Origin: Candidatus Micrarchaeota archaeon
GTDB taxonomy: Archaea; Iainarchaeota; Iainarchaeia; JAADDC01
Direction: 5' to 3'
Assembly: GCA_027011045.1 (NCBI GenBank)
Contig: JALVAT010000014.1
Coordinates: 519 to 32,518 of the forward strand
Length of the DNA: 32,000 nt
The position numbers and the translations under genes are program-made. Positions 30,876-32,000 of this stretch are shown here, one piece after another (position 1 is the first letter of the stretch; each line of letters opens with the position of its first letter). The notes beneath the pieces are model-generated. The model was not told the origin of the DNA, ran no database searches, and worked only from the letters and a program-made list of their open reading frames with translations.

Positions 30876-31444
30876 TCATCCCAGGGATCAAGAGATGCCC
30901 AGGGGTTTACCCTCCTTCGGACGATACGTACCTGCTGGCTGACGCTGTGGAGCAGAGAGTTTCAAAGGGCGATTCATTCCTCGAGGTCGGCTGTGGCAGC
31001 GGATACGTTAGCATCGTTGCGGCGCTGCTGGGCGCAAACGTGGACGCCGTGGATATGAACCCCCGCGCCGTGGAATGCACACTCAGGAATGCCGAGCTGA
31101 ATGGCGTCAGGGTGAACGCGTGGGTATCTGATCTCTTTTCAAACGTGAAAGGGGCGTACGATTGGATTGTAATGAACCCGCCTTACCTCCCTGCCGATGA
31201 AAGGGCGCCGGACACCGCCCTGGACGGTGGGTTTAGCGGTGCTGAAATAAGCCTTCGCTTCATAAAGGATGTTGGAGAACATCTCGCAGAGGGGGGCCGA
31301 TTCCTCCTGCTAATGTCAAGCATAACTGCCGCGGAACCCCTCCGGCTTGCAAGGCGCTTGGGGTACAGGCTCAGAACTGTAGCGCGCAAGCGCTTCTTCA
31401 TGGAGGAGCTCTTCGTGGTGGAGGGCTGGAAGAATGCCGATTAA
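30872..31444 (+). CDS. HemK/Mtq2-like SAM-dependent (N5-glutamine) methyltransferase, 190 aa
   Basis: Motifs are VYPPSDDTYLL, EVGCGSGYVS (SAM motif I), DMNPRA and the catalytic NPPY in IVMNPPYLP. GTG 30872 overlaps the upstream stop (GTGA). Confidence 0.85.
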   Translation: MIIPGIKRCPGVYPPSDDTYLLADAVEQRVSKGDSFLEVGCGSGYVSIVAALLGANVDAVDMNPRAVECTLRNAELNGVRVNAWVSDLFSNVKGAYDWIVMNPPYLPADERAPDTALDGGFSGAEISLRFIKDVGEHLAEGGRFLLLMSSITAAEPLRLARRLGYRLRTVARKRFFMEELFVVEGWKNAD

Positions 31445-32000
31445 TGCGTCTCCTGAATTCGAGGCGGCATGGGAGCGATATACGGCTGCAAGAACTACAA
31501 AGGAGAAGATAGAGGCGCTTCGAGAAGCGATAAAGTACATGCCAAAACACAAAGGGGCGGAGAACCTGCGTGCATTTCTGTTCAGGCGGCTTGCAGAGCT
31601 AAAGAGGGAACTACAGAAGGAGGCTGAGAGGCGAAGCGGCGGTGGAGGGATCCAGCTCGTTCCAAAAATGGGTTTTCAGGCTGTGCTCTTCGGTATGCCA
31701 AACTCGGGAAAGACGTACATACTCTCCAAGATCACGAACGCTCCGGTGGAGCCCACCGCCTATCCCCTTGCCACCACAAAGCCCGTGCCCGGAATGATGG
31801 ACGTAAAGGGAGCGCAGGTCCAGCTGGTCGAAGTTCCATCGTACTTTGAGGGATACGAGGATTCCAAGATGGGAAGGATAGGCCTGGCCACCATGCGCGC
31901 CACGGACGCGATTATTCTCGTTGTAGACCTAACGCAGGACCCGGCAGAGCAGCTAACCACCCTTGTAAGGTTCCTGCAGTCTGAGGATATATACCTGAAC
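31434..32000 (+). CDS. DRG/Obg-family GTP-binding protein (COG1163-like), 3'-partial at window edge (not in the ORF track)
   Basis: My own translation from ATG 31434 is open to base 32000 (189 codons): MPINASPEF...KHKGAENLRAFLFRRLAELKRELQKEAERRSGGGG...AVLFGMPNSGKTYILSKIT...YPLATTKPVPG...ATDAIILVVD. It shows the DRG N-terminal helix, a P-loop and a G2 Thr. It overlaps the methylase gene by 11 nt. Confidence 0.75.
   Translation, partial: MPINASPEFEAAWERYTAARTTKEKIEALREAIKYMPKHKGAENLRAFLFRRLAELKRELQKEAERRSGGGGIQLVPKMGFQAVLFGMPNSGKTYILSKITNAPVEPTAYPLATTKPVPGMMDVKGAQVQLVEVPSYFEGYEDSKMGRIGLATMRATDAIILVVDLTQDPAEQLTTLVRFLQSEDIYLN

Noticed and set aside
1-32000. CRISPR arrays, IS elements, integrases, rRNA operons and large DNA repeats
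   Set aside because: Reading both strands, I found no regularly spaced direct repeats, no terminal inverted repeats flanking a transposase-like ORF, and no rRNA-like sequence. The only repeats seen are 7-11 nt (GGTAGCT x2 at 20763-20779, GGGTGAT x2 at about 17657-17670, CTTTTAAACG x2).

Overview
This is a gene-dense, about 90% coding, moderately GC-rich chromosomal segment of an archaeon, probably euryarchaeal. All calls come from reading the translations and DNA by eye. No searches were run, so family names rest on recalled motifs.

Archaeal markers present:
- an HMf-type histone
- a full-length Hef helicase-nuclease
- TFB, ribosomal protein S8e and Gar1
- archaeal-type SAM synthetase
- type III RuBisCO
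- type-2 MetAP and AlaX
- GatCAB plus a class IIb Asp/Asn-tRNA synthetase
- a PIN-ATPase-KH protein, an Mtq2-like methylase and a DRG-like GTPase
- tRNA-Glu(CUC) and tRNA-Thr(GGU)

I support about 42 CDS. Several track ORFs were trimmed, one 54-aa gene is absent from the track, and one CDS runs off the 3' edge. I saw no rRNA, CRISPR array, transposase or integrase.

Transcription layout is very regular. First genes of units carry a TATA-like box centred 24-29 nt upstream of the start codon, which implies leaderless mRNAs. Internal operon genes carry GGAGGTGATCC-type Shine-Dalgarno matches.

The most interesting item is a tight four-gene operon at 20811-23724: two divergent PlsY-like acyltransferases, a half-length Dak2/FakA-like kinase and a DegV/FakB-like lipid binder. 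A second DegV lies at 12859. Together these would make a bacterial-type fatty acid -> acyl-phosphate -> glycerol-phosphate acylation module inside an unmistakably archaeal context.

Other leads:
- a 573-aa protein built from about 8 degenerate winged-helix-like modules, next to a class III signal-peptide (pilin-like) protein
- a single TATA box placed symmetrically between rbcL and a divergent 93-aa gene
- a small beta-CASP nuclease beside Hef and the histone
- a long hairpin-rich spacer upstream of tRNA-Glu
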